From Felis catus (taxonomy: Eukaryota): a stretch of 64,000 nucleotides of DNA. The DNA lies in the NCBI RefSeq assembly GCF_018350175.1, contig NC_058368.1, forward strand, positions 217,312,001 through 217,376,000, in the 5' to 3' direction. A program made the position numbers and the translations under genes. This document shows positions 53,090 to 64,000 of the stretch, one piece after another. Within the stretch, counting starts at the first letter, position 1, and the number at the start of each line of letters is the position of its first letter. Under the pieces are notes generated by a model. It did no database searches, had not been told where the DNA came from, and saw only the letters and a program-made list of their open reading frames with translations.

Positions 53090-53450
53090 CTAATCTTTAT
53101 TGAGTACTCATTGCAGGACTATGTTCGAGAGAGGAAGCTTAAGAACTAACTGCACAAACACTTTTTTTTTTTTTTTTTGGCCCCTATTGGAATTCTAGTA
53201 AGTTTCTATTGAGTAGATCAAGTTACCAAATAAATAAATATTATCATTTTAGACAGTGATAATCAATCAGGTGGTCTGATTAAAAAGGATAGTCTTCTCT
53301 GAGGATATGTCTTTGAAGTTGAGACCAGAATGATTTTAAAGAGCCAACACAAGGACTGAACAGAGACTCCTCCAGATTCAGGGAGTAATCATTGTCAAAA
53401 GAAGGTGAGAAGAATCTTGAAATGCTTGAAAAAGAGAAAAACTTCTTTTA
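53090..53450 (-). mobile_element. L2 fragment
   Basis: TTTATTGAGTAC...TTCTCTGAGGATATGTCTTTGAAGTTGAGACCAGAATGA. Confidence 0.5.
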
Positions 53451-53811
53451 GTAGTACGCAAGTTTTATGCCAGAAAGAAGATACTTCAGCCTTTCTCAAT
53501 AGACTTTAAAGGGACTATCTCTGGTTTATCTCTGTGCTAACAAAGGCTAACATAGAGATGAGGACACAGATTACATATTTAAACAAACTTAATTGGATTC
53601 TACATAGAACCCAAATAAAAGAGCCAAAAAAGCATATCTATTTGGCAATATCATGTTCCCATCAGAGTTTTGTGATATAAACCCAGAGCCCAGGATTTTG
53701 TTTTATATATAAAGCTTTTATTGTATTTTTTTCAATTACAAAAAAAAAATGAAAAAAAAATCATTAAGTCCTAGTCAATACATTGTCTCCAAAATTGCCT
53801 TATAATTACAG

Positions 53812-54006
53812 TTTTTTAAAGTTTATTTATTTTGAGAGAGGCGGAGACAGCACAAGCGGATGAGCGGCAGAGACAGAAAGAGAGAGAATCTCAAGCAGCC
53901 AGAAAAGAGTCCGACACAGATTTCAAATTCATGAAACTGTGAGAACATGACCTGAGCCGAAACCAAGGGTGGGACTCTCACCCGACTGAGCCACCCAGGC
54001 GTCCCC
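53812..54006 (-). mobile_element. Can-SINE
   Basis: Reverse SINE ending CCACCCAGGCGTCCCC. Confidence 0.9.
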
Positions 54007-54119
54007 ACACTGTTTTCTTAAGTAAGTATGCTTCTATCTATAATTGTAAAAACATATTTAAATGTATTACACTTGGATAATTAAACAAATATTCTAGATG
54101 TGGCACCAAGTAGTTTTGT

Positions 54120-54212
54120 ACTGACCACGGCTTCAATTTTCTCATCTACAAATCATAGGAGTCGATGAAAATGCTCTCTGATCTTTTTTCAGCTCTGCAA
54201 ATGTGTGCTTCT
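54120..54212 (+). mobile_element. MIR fragment
   Basis: CTTCAATTTTCTCATCTACAAAT...TTTTCAGCTCT. Confidence 0.5.
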
Positions 54213-55256
54213 TTACTCATATTTTAACTATGAGTTATATTTTAACTATAGACGTATTTACACATGATAATATAAAGGAATGCTGCATTCTTTGAGGGAT
54301 CTTTTCTTTAAAGTGAGCTACACTGGAGTGTTTAAAGGGAAATTGAGAATTACAGATTTCAACCATTCATCCATAGTGAGAATTTAAACCTTTTGAGTTA
54401 TCTGTGTATTCAAAGCTATAGGTCTATGAATACTTGACAAAATAGATGATTTGAGAAACTCACCTTTAGCTCCTGTCTAACTATTCAAAATTACAATAGT
54501 TCCATCAAGAAAAATTATCATATTAATTGTGTCGTCTGAAGGAGCCAATCATAAGAAATTAAGGCAGTAATTGTAGACTTTAAGATATCCACATATTTTC
54601 CTTCCTTATCTGCATTTGTCTTCTCCAAAATTTATTCATGTATTCTGCCTTAAAATTTCTTTTTACTACAAAACATAAGACTTTTGACTTTAGTGGCAGA
54701 AACCTCCAGGGAAGAGGAATGCAGTATCTCAAAAACTTAAAGAAGATCATTTCATACCCTGATTTTGTAGCTGTCACATTTTCCTCTTGGAGATAGACCA
54801 TGTAACTTTTTACAAAATGAATATTTCTGGATTCTTACCCTCCTTGTCATTGGTCCTCTTTCCCATTTGAAATTCTTGGAATAGTTAAAAGGATGAAAAC
54901 GCCCACAGTCCAAACCTCTCTGACTTACATTTGCTGTAATTCTGCCACTGTGAAAACCTTTGTCTAAGTTTCAAATATCACCTCTTCAGTTTCTGGTGGG
55001 TTGATGTAGGACATCTGTCCTACACGCTGAATACCGAGACTTTACTTGGCCTTTTTACTAACTGGAGACATATGGCATTTCACCTTTATCCTGGACTCAT
55101 GACTCTATTTCATTCCTCATACATTTTTTGCCTAAACATTAAAATTCCTTCATATCAATAATTATATATAACAATATAACATATTATATATATATATATA
55201 TATATGTTTCCTATAGCTCAACAGCAGGCCATCCATTTTTATGTCTTTTTCTTTCT

Positions 55257-55322
55257 ATTCTTCCTTCCTTCCTTCCTTCCTTCCTTCCTTCCTTCCTTCC
55301 TTCCTTCTTTCCTTCTTTCTTC
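55257..55322. repeat. (TTCC)n microsatellite
   Basis: About 11 units; a (TA)n lies just upstream at about 55185-55205. Confidence 0.92.
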
Positions 55323-55854
55323 TCCTTCCCTCTAGTTTTTATTAACAAAATATAAGGACTTCACTTTTTAATTTTAATTCTCCCAGAAAACATCTGCTAT
55401 TTATTTTCCTGTTTCTTCTCAGAAAAATTATCACATCTTTTTATTTTTAGTGTGTGAGAAGAATTTTGTGCAATATTTTATTTTTCAATATCACCTTTTA
55501 AAGCATGCATAAATGGATTCAGTCTGATAATGTATGATTATTAAATGCAAGTTTTCAGCTCCCACATATGAAAATTGATGGTCAAGAAGAGTAAGAACAG
55601 AGTCACCACTGCTAATATGTGTTAACAAATTTTTCCAATATAAAACCTGGGGTGTCCTTTTATGTTACAACTCTGAAGCTGAAGCTTAGTTATTCCTTTA
55701 CTGATAACTGTATTTTCTGATCCCCGGAATGGAATGAATAATTTACAAAACATATTTTACAATCAGCAATTCATTTTTGAAAGACATTTAAAACTATGAA
55801 AATTAAATGACTCTATCATGCAGTTAACAATTTAGTTTTATTGTGTAACCAGTT

Positions 55855-56002
55855 GTGCCCTGGTTAAGAGCAAGGATTCTGGAGCCTGCGGTTGAAATCT
55901 CAGCTTTGGGACCTAAAGATGTGTACTACTGTATCATTTAATAAGCTTCTCATTGTTTCCATTTCTGCTTCTTATAAAAGGAGCTAGTAATAAACATATT
56001 TA
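55855..56002 (+). mobile_element. MIR
   Basis: TGGTTAAGAGCAAGGATTCTGGAGCC...GGTTGAAATCTCAGCT. Confidence 0.7.
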
Positions 56003-56044
56003 TTTTATATATGTACACATATACAGTGAATAGGAGGTGTTCAG

Positions 56045-56510
56045 TGTGTGTGTGTGTTTGTGTGTGCGCGCGCGTGTGTGTTTCCTCAATACTGGTCAGA
56101 TGAGACTCACAGCGCTTTGTTAGCCACATACAGTCACAGCCTGGGGCGAAAGAATCTTCCTCCTTACAGGGCCCCTCAGGGGTGCAGAGTGTCCTTCTTT
56201 GCGGGGTGAGCTGGATGGTACAACTCTATCCAACTGAGTCCTTTCGTTACAACCCTTGGATTCACTTTATACGTTTGGGACCAGCTCCTTCAAGATTCCG
56301 CTAGACTTCTCTTCCTTGCGAAAACTTAGAAGAGAGGGTGACTGCAGCCTCTAGCTTCCGCAGCTATCCATCCGTAGGGCCTTACCTGATACTCACCGCC
56401 TACCTCCCCTACTTTTTATCCTCAGATTTTCATCTCCCACTGTTTACACTTCTGATTGGCTGGTGACTCACCCACGAGTATGAACTCAGCCTTAATTATT
56501 ATTGCGACCA
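56045..56510 (-). promoter_or_regulatory. Candidate promoter plus first exon (CpG-retaining)
   Basis: Locally high GC/CpG; on the minus strand AP-1 (56464-56470), CCAAT (56452-56461), FOX (56441-56447), GATAAAAA (56413-56420), donor GTGAGT at 56110. Confidence 0.4.
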
Positions 56511-57711
56511 TTAAATCAAATCAAAATGTATGCAGATGTTTATTTTCTTTTTAATGGTCCACGAACCTCTACACATATATTTACTAGAATTCAAAGGTCT
56601 ATTCAGGCATTAAAGAAAAATGGGGAAAATGGGATAGTAATTTTAAAGCAAGGAAGGAAGGGTACAAGGAAAGAAAAAAAAAAAACGATCATCAGATATC
56701 TCAGGCTTTTAGAGCATTAATGTATTGAAGCTTAAAATGTTTAGAGTTGTTGAGTTTCTTTCCCACCTCTCAGAATTGCCTGAAACATATACATATGTAA
56801 AGGCATTGTGTCACATACTCATCAAAAGATTTGGCATATTTTATGTATGCACTTTATAAAACAAACTAAACATGGAAATGGAACTACAAAGTGACACTTA
56901 AGCCTTTTGATCCGGGCATTAAATTCTCAGGAAAAGTGATTTTGTTTTCTTAATAGAAGGCTGCTCATTACATAAGGCCAAGCTGAGAAGTGTTGGTATA
57001 TTTTTTTTCATCCTCAGTGCTATATTGCGGTATTCCACTGACAGTAAAGTATCTCCTGCTGTGACAAGTATTGATCTTATTTTTCCTTTGAGACTCTTAA
57101 CAAGCCAAACTGTAGCTTCCTAAAATATTCAGCTGGAGCAGTAGTTTGTCAGAGCTATAAGTTAACAAGAAATTTACTTTTATTCTCCTGTGGAAAAATA
57201 AAACACAATTAGTATTCTCCGTGTATTTACTGATTACATAATTGCTTTATCAGCTAAATGACTGAGTGATGGGAGAACTGAAGCCAAGATTCTTTTCCTT
57301 TTTACTTAAGTAAGTGTGTGCTTTTGTCTAGAGAGAAGAGTAACATTTTCATATATGATAATATAAAACTAGGGAAATGAGAAAAATTGATAAAATTACA
57401 CAGCTTTAAATCTATCATGAAATGATATTGTAATGCACAGTTTTAAAGTTATTCTTACACAAAAAAACATATATGTGAAATTAAATAGTAGCCTAAATAA
57501 TAAGAAAGCAAGAAAATATGTTTAAATATATCTTTGTTTTACTCATGCCACACATTATAAAATCATATATTAATATAGTGATTAAAAGCAGAGAAGATAT
57601 GTTTTATTGACTTGAGATTTAGTTAAGATATAAAGTAAAAGATTACAGATAATAACAGTAACAGTTTTTTAAAATGCAATTAATAATGACATGTGGTTTA
57701 AAAAATTGTCA

Positions 57712-57933
57712 GGGGCGCCTGGGTGGCGCAGTCGGTTAAGCGTCCGACTTCAGCCAGGTCACGATCTCGCGGTCCGTGAGTTCGAGCCCCGCGTCAGGCT
57801 CTGGGCTAATGGCTCAGAGCCTGGAGCCTGTTTCCGATTCTGTGTCTCCCTCTCTCTCTGCCCCTCCCCCGTTCATGCTCTGTCTCTCTCTGTCCCAAAA
57901 CATAAATAAATGTTGAAAAAAATTTAAAAAAAA
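57712..57933 (+). mobile_element. Young feline Can-SINE
   Basis: TSD TAAAAAATTGTCA at 57699-57711 and 57934-57946. Confidence 0.96.
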
Positions 57934-57997
57934 TAAAAAATTGTCATAAAAAGAATATGCATATGCAAGAATATGCAAATATGCATATGCAGGCATA

Positions 57998-58768
57998 TGC
58001 AAATGGAAGTCAAAACTACAGTGAAATATCACTTCATACCTGTCAGAATGGCTAAAATCAAAAAACAAGAAATAACAAATGTTGGCGGGGAAGTAGAGAA
58101 AAAGGAACCCTTGTGCACTATTGGTGGGAATGCAAATTGGTATAGCATTGTGGAAAACAGTATGGAGGTTCCTCAAAAGATTAAAAATAAAGTTACCAGG
58201 TGATCCAGTAATTTCATTACTGGCTATTTATCCAAAGAAAACACTAATTCAAAAAGATATAGGCACCCTTATGTTTATTGCAGCACTCTTTCCAACAGCC
58301 AAGATATGGAAGCAACCCAAGTCTCCATCGATAGATGAATGGATAAAGATGATGTGGTAAATATATACAATGGAATATTAGTCATCCATAAGAAAGAATG
58401 AGATCTTGCCATTTGCAACAACATGGGTAGGCCTACAGGGTATAATGCTAAGTGAAATAAATCAGTTAGAAGAAGACAAATACCATATAATTTCACTCAT
58501 ATGTGGAATTTAAGAAACAAAATGGACAAAGGGCACCGGGGAGCTCAGTTGGTTGAGTGTTCCGCTTCGGCTCAGGTCATGATCTCACAGTTCGTGAGTT
58601 CCAGCCCTAAGTCCAGTTCTGTGCTGACAGCACAGAGCCTGGAGCCTGCTTCAGAGTCTGTGTTTCCCACTCTCTCTGCCCCTCCCCCCCCCTCAAAAAA
58701 TAAGTAAACATTAAAAAAAATTAAAAAAAATAAAACAGACAAAGAAAAAAAGACGAAAACCAGACTCT
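57998..58768 (+). mobile_element. Carnivore L1 ORF2 3' fragment with nested SINE
   Basis: YHFIPVRMAKIKK, WKTVWRFLK, WKQPKSPSIDEWIK in ORFs 57973/58121, frameshifted. Confidence 0.9.
58531..58730 (+). mobile_element. Can-SINE nested in L1
   Basis: Head/body/tail; approximate TSD ending GACAAA. Confidence 0.9.
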
Positions 58769-59250
58769 GACTTCTGGAAAGATGGCAGAGTAAAAGGATT
58801 CTCAACTCACCTTGTCCCATATTTACACCTTGATAACAACCACATCAATGCAGCTACCCCAGAAAATGATCCAAGGATTGGCAGAACAGACTTGTAACAG
58901 GTAACGGTAGAGAGGAGGTATATCAATACACCCACATTGGAAAGGGTAGGAAGGGTAGAGACATGATCAGGAACCAAACTCCTGGCAAGACTAACCACAA
59001 ATGGGAGGGACGCCGTGAGCACGGAGAAGGGACAGAAGCAGACCCTGTACCAGGCACCCCCGACTTGAGGGACCTGCACTGGGAAGATGAGTCCCCATAA
59101 CATTTAGCTTTTAAAACCACTGAGGTTTAACTTCGCAAGTTTTTACAATCAGTGGAGCTTAACTCCACTCCAGGTACTTTAAATATCAGAGGGTTTAGCT
59201 CTGGAAGAGCTGGGGGTGGGGTGGGGATAGAAAACTTAAAGAGACATAGC
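58769..59250 (+). mobile_element. Carnivore L1 5'UTR fragment
   Basis: GACTTCTGGAAAGATGGCAGAGTA...CTCACCTTGTCCCA...CCAGAAAATGATCC...GGCAGAACAGAC resembles recalled L1_Carn 5' end. Confidence 0.7.
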
Positions 59251-59410
59251 AAACGAAACAAAACAAAACAAAGAAAAAACATTATTGCATTGAATAACAG
59301 GCAAATAAATAAATGAAGTGTTTAAGAAAATTCCAAACTTTGTCATGGAAATCCATTCTTGAATGACATGGTTCAATTTTCCTCAAGCTTTGCAATAACA
59401 TGGGACGTTT

Positions 59411-59466
59411 TCTTTTCTTTTTTTAAATGTTTATTTTTGAGAGTGACAGAGTATGAGCGGGAGAGG

Positions 59467-59510
<44 letters not shown>

Positions 59511-59643
59511 CACAGAATCAGAAGCAGGATCCAGGCTCTGAGCTGTCCACACAGAGCCCAATGTGGGCCTTGAACCCACAAATCTTGAGATCATGACCTG
59601 AGCCGAAGTCGGAAGCTTATCCAACTGAGCCACCCAGTCTCCC
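59411..59643 (-). mobile_element. Can-SINE with expanded (GA)n
   Basis: TSD ATGGGAC(G/A)TTTT. Confidence 0.93.
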
Positions 59644-60949
59644 TATATGGGACATTTTTATATTCGAATTTGAGAACATACTAGCATTAACTCCCTTGAA
59701 ACTACGTATGTAGCTAAATCTATTCAATTTATACCTCTAAGTTATTCAGTGGTTATGGAAGTAAATATAGAAATGAAGTAATATCAGATTATTTATCCTT
59801 TCATTCAGACTTAGAAAGTATCACTTTAAATCATACTAGAAAGTCTACTTTTAAAAACAACCCAAGAAAATGAAAGGAAAAAGTTTCCATGATATAAGTA
59901 ACCACTACCAACATCTAAAATGTATCACGTGCCATTCAAAGTTTTCATTTATTTTAAAATTATTTTCTTCTGACCTTTATGTGAAAATACCATTCTGTAT
60001 CAGAGAATACAGGCTCCAAATGATCAATTTCTCTTTCACTGGAATTCATATATTACACAATAAATTTTTATCCTTTGAAGAAAAACCTCCCATTGCATAC
60101 TATATCGACTATAGAGACATTAGTAACACCACAACCTGATTTGTTTTCATTCAACCAGAAAAGTCTCAGGACTAGCAAGAATATATTCATTTAGTTGAGT
60201 ACTGAAAACGTCCCAAATATTTATGCACCAAAATAAAAATATTTCTCTTTTTAACATAAAGGCTTGTAATTCCAATTTTGACCTCAAACTAATGAAATAA
60301 AATTGTATTCATTTCAACTAAAGAAAGAAAAATAAAAAAATCAATGTCTTCCTTTCTGGAGAGTTCATAAGAAGAGAACTTTCCTTGTCAATCACCTAAA
60401 CAGTTATTTGTTACAAGATATAGAGTATCCACCCATGTGATTGGAATTCATTCACAGTGTCCCTTGTGAATTTGTTGTTGTTGTTTTGGAAAATAAATAC
60501 CAAAAACAAATCATGAACTAAATATTTCCTAAATTGACTATAAAAATTCCAAACAGCCTAAATCCCACAGAAGGAAGACAAAAGATTTACACAATCTATT
60601 CACGGAAAAAGCTATAGTCCCTGTTTCAGAGTAGATCAGAAGACTTTGCCAGTTTACTTCCAAAAGCTGTATGAAATTATCACTAACATAAACTTAACAT
60701 AATGTCTCATCTACACAGTCACATATAATGCTTTAGACATCTCGTTTGTTAAATATGGGTACATTGGAAACACTATTTTCAGTTGCTGTATGGTTGATTT
60801 TTCTAGTAACTCTTTGTTGTTCCTAGTTCTTATTTGGTGGGATTCCTAATACAATTTCTGGCTTTTGGCACATTTCTGTCTTAACACAAAATCTTCTTGT
60901 AAGATTAACAAAATTTCAACATTTTCTAGATTAAAAAACAAACATTTCT

Positions 60950-61188
60950 GGGGCGCCTGGGTGGCGCAGTCGGTTAAGCGTCCGACTTCAGCCAGGTCAC
61001 GATCTCGCGGTCCGTGAGTTCAAGCCCCGCGTCGGGCTCTGGGCTGATGGCTCGGAGCCTGGAGCCTGTTTCCGATTCTGTGTCTCCCTCTCTCTCTGCC
61101 CCTCCCCCATTCATGCTCTGTCTCTCTCTGTCCCAAAAATAAATAAAAAACGTTGAAAACAAACAAACAAACAAACAAACAAACAAAC
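60950..61188 (+). mobile_element. Young feline Can-SINE with (AAAC)n tail
   Basis: CpG-rich; TSD AAACAAACATTTCT. Confidence 0.96.
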
Positions 61189-61320
61189 AAACAAACATTT
61201 CTTTTTATTTGAAGAAGAGACTAATAGCATCAAGTTTTGTAATGATTTCTTTTTTCATTTTATAGTGTCTACGCGGAGGGTAATTTGATTGTGCCATCCA
61301 TGTTCCATGATTTTCTTTTG

Positions 61321-61499
61321 TAATTTTTTTAAATTTTTATTTATTTTGGGTGGGGAGGGGCAGAGAGAGGGAGACAGAGGATCCAAGTGGACTCTGTGCT
61401 GTCAGTGCAGAGCCCAAGGTAGGGCTCAAACACACGAACCTTGACATCATGATCTGAGCTGAACTCAGGCACTTAACCGACTGAGCCACCCAGGTGCCC
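61321..61499 (-). mobile_element. Older Can-SINE
   Basis: TSD TCCATGATTTT(T)CTTTTG. Confidence 0.92.
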
Positions 61500-62899
61500 T
61501 CCATGATTTTTCTTTTGGAGTATACACACACATACATATATATACATATATGTATATAAATATATAGAGATATAAAACTGACCTAAAATTTTATGTGAAG
61601 AATTTTTTCTCCAGTTATACACTAGAAAATGCCTACTACCATTTGCAGATAAAAGTAGGTATTGAAATATTACATTAAGTGTTGATGCATATCTTTGAAA
61701 TCCATCTATATAATAACTTAGACTATACTATTTATTATATAGTTATGATTATATAATATAGAGCCCAAAATTTATTTTGTCTCTTTTAATTCACTCCAGT
61801 TTAATGTAAAAACAATAAAATGAATTCAAAATTCTAATTAAATAAATAAGATATATTTCCTAATATTTTATTACCAACAGTTCAATTCAAAATAAGGATT
61901 TCTCCTACATTTAGTTACTATTACAGATGATTTTTTATGTTAGTCTTACCAAAGTCACTTCTTAAAAACAAGAATAACCACAACACAAATACTGAATTTC
62001 TCATATTTGTAAATTTTCCAGAGTTATCCTAATTTCATTTTTTCAACTAAAAAAAAGAAGCAGATAATGTTTAAAAATCATAGTTCAATAAATTGTTAAT
62101 CACGTGGCAGTCATCATTCAGTTACTTTACTTTCAATATAAAGAATAGACGTCCCTATTAATATTAAGTCCCTTAATATTAAGTCCCACCCTTAATAATC
62201 GTTTCAGGTTATATTTACAATTAATTTTGCTTTATTAAATTAAATAATTTCAGAAATATAATTTCTGATGTAGAAAGGATAGTCTAAAAGCATCATGTAG
62301 ATATTTATCTCCTTTGGCTTAACAAAGCTAAATTAACTGCCCTCTGAGAGAGAGAGAGAGAGAATTCAGAGAAAGAGAGAGAGAGATTCCACTATCAAAG
62401 AATAACTAAACTTAAAAACAAGGACAAAAGAAAAGCAGATTAACTCTACATTTTTATAACTCTCTTTCATTTAATATGAGATAAATAGTGCAAACACTTA
62501 CTTTGTGGGTAGCGTTGTCCAAAATAAATCTAGAAGTTTCAATTTGCTACATGTCAAATTTGTCAAATTTACTTAACGTCTTTTACAAATAATATTGCAC
62601 AAAGAATGTATGTCAATTCTATTTTACCTTATTTTTGTTAACTTCTCTAGCAATCTTTAAAGACATTTAAAATGTGTTCATGTGTAAGTTGTGGAAAATA
62701 AACCACTGCAGATCAGTTGAATTAATATTCATTTGCTAGAAAGCTGTCACTATAAAGCATGCAAAATGACCAAAATAAATGTGTATGTAGAAACTGATCT
62801 CTAAATGGCTTACATTGATTTTCCTTCAAAAAAGTGAATGGAATTTCAATCCATGGGTCGAAACATATCTTATGGGAAAAAAATATTTATATATATACA

Positions 62900-63128
62900 T
62901 TAGTGGTTGAGCAACAAATTCTAGAAGTATCCCATCTACATTTGAATTTGGCTCCCTCAACTGATGCCTCTATTAACTTCGCAAGTTAGGACACTTCTCA
63001 GTCTCATTTTCTTTACCTATAAAACTTGGATGATAATAGTATTTACTTCATAGGGTTGTTAGAATGAAATAACACATGGAAAGTATTTAGAACACAGCCT
63101 GGCATGAAGTAGATTTTGCTATTATTAT
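62900..63128 (+). mobile_element. MIR (near full length)
   Basis: CTCAGTCTCATTTTCTTTACCTATAAAA...ATAATAGTATTTACTTCATAGGGTTGTT...AGAACACAGCCTGGCA. Confidence 0.8.
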
Positions 63129-63597
63129 ATAAATGACAGTAGGAAAAATAAGAATGTTCCCCTAAATACTACATTTTGATTATAAAACGATTTAAAATTT
63201 TAAAAGATTTGCAAAAATATTTAGGATTATATTAAAACTGATATTCTTAATTCATAATATTACCAAAGACTTAAATGCTTCTTATTTATTTATAGGAGAG
63301 TTTTTATCCTGCTATAAAACCTAAAATATAAAATCAAATTATATCTTCCTATATGTTTATTATATTATATGATATTTTGATTTTTCATCCAAAACATGTT
63401 GAAACGTAGTTAGATTTTATTCTGAAGCTTCAATAAAATTGCAACTCCCTACATACTTGCACATAGATACATAAATATACACATATATACATGTGTGTAT
63501 TATATGTATTTTAAAGATTCAAATTCAAATGTTAAAATTGTATTAATATAAGATACATTTTTCAATCTTCTCAAGATTATTTTTCTAGCTAGCATTT

Positions 63598-63798
63598 GTT
63601 TTTTTAAGTTTATTTATTTTGAGAGAGACAGAGACAGTGTGAGCCGGGGAGGGGTAGAGAGAGAGGGAGAGAGAGAGAATCCCAAGTAGGCTCTGCACTG
63701 TTAGCTCAAAGCCTGACACCTGTCTGGAACTCACGGTGAGATCAGGACGTGAGCAGAAACCAAGAGTCAGACGCTTAACTGAGTCACCCAGGCGCCCC
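63598..63798 (-). mobile_element. Older Can-SINE
   Basis: Reverse SINE ending GTCACCCAGGCGCCCC. Confidence 0.92.
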
Positions 63799-64000
63799 TC
63801 CAGCCAATAATTTTTATTAAAAAAACAAAACAAGCAAAAAGCAACAAAACAAAACAAAACAAAACTCCTCAACAATCCCTGCTAGAATATTCATTTATAT
63901 AGCTCACTCCTTATACTTTCACTTGTCTTCATTCATATTCATTAACCTGTTCATCTCCGTCTATGACATTAGGTTCTATTTCTGACCAATTTTCATTCAA

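Noticed and set aside
62157..62196. Short tandem duplication TTAATATTAAGTCCC (similar small ones near 12600 and 54220)
   Set aside because: Ordinary slippage duplications in AT-rich DNA; no sign of function.

Overview
Mammalian nuclear DNA, very likely a felid. The evidence is about 30 tRNA-derived Can-SINEs, including the young feline-type GGCGCAGTCGG...GGGCTGATGGCTC variant, plus feline-type L1 3' ends. The window is AT-rich and CpG-poor, and I found no credible host protein-coding exon, so it is probably intergenic or deep intronic. Nearly all ORF-track entries are chance ORFs or SINE/L1 read-throughs. Content: SINEs with target-site duplications (TSDs), a young 5'-truncated L1 with a perfect 16-bp TSD, older L1/L2/MIR fragments, solo LTRs (MaLR, MER21-like, MER34-like, other ERV1-like) and microsatellites. 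Two items stand out. (1) A decayed class III (ERV-L-like) provirus at about 29.3-34.4 kb appears to carry two tandem, mutually diverged pol/RT regions. (2) A CpG-retaining, promoter-like segment at about 56.05-56.5 kb has AP-1/CCAAT/FOX/TATA-like motifs in canonical minus-strand order and a downstream splice donor. Repeat family names come from recalled consensus sequences and need RepeatMasker/Dfam confirmation. I see no firm evidence of a new multi-gene system.
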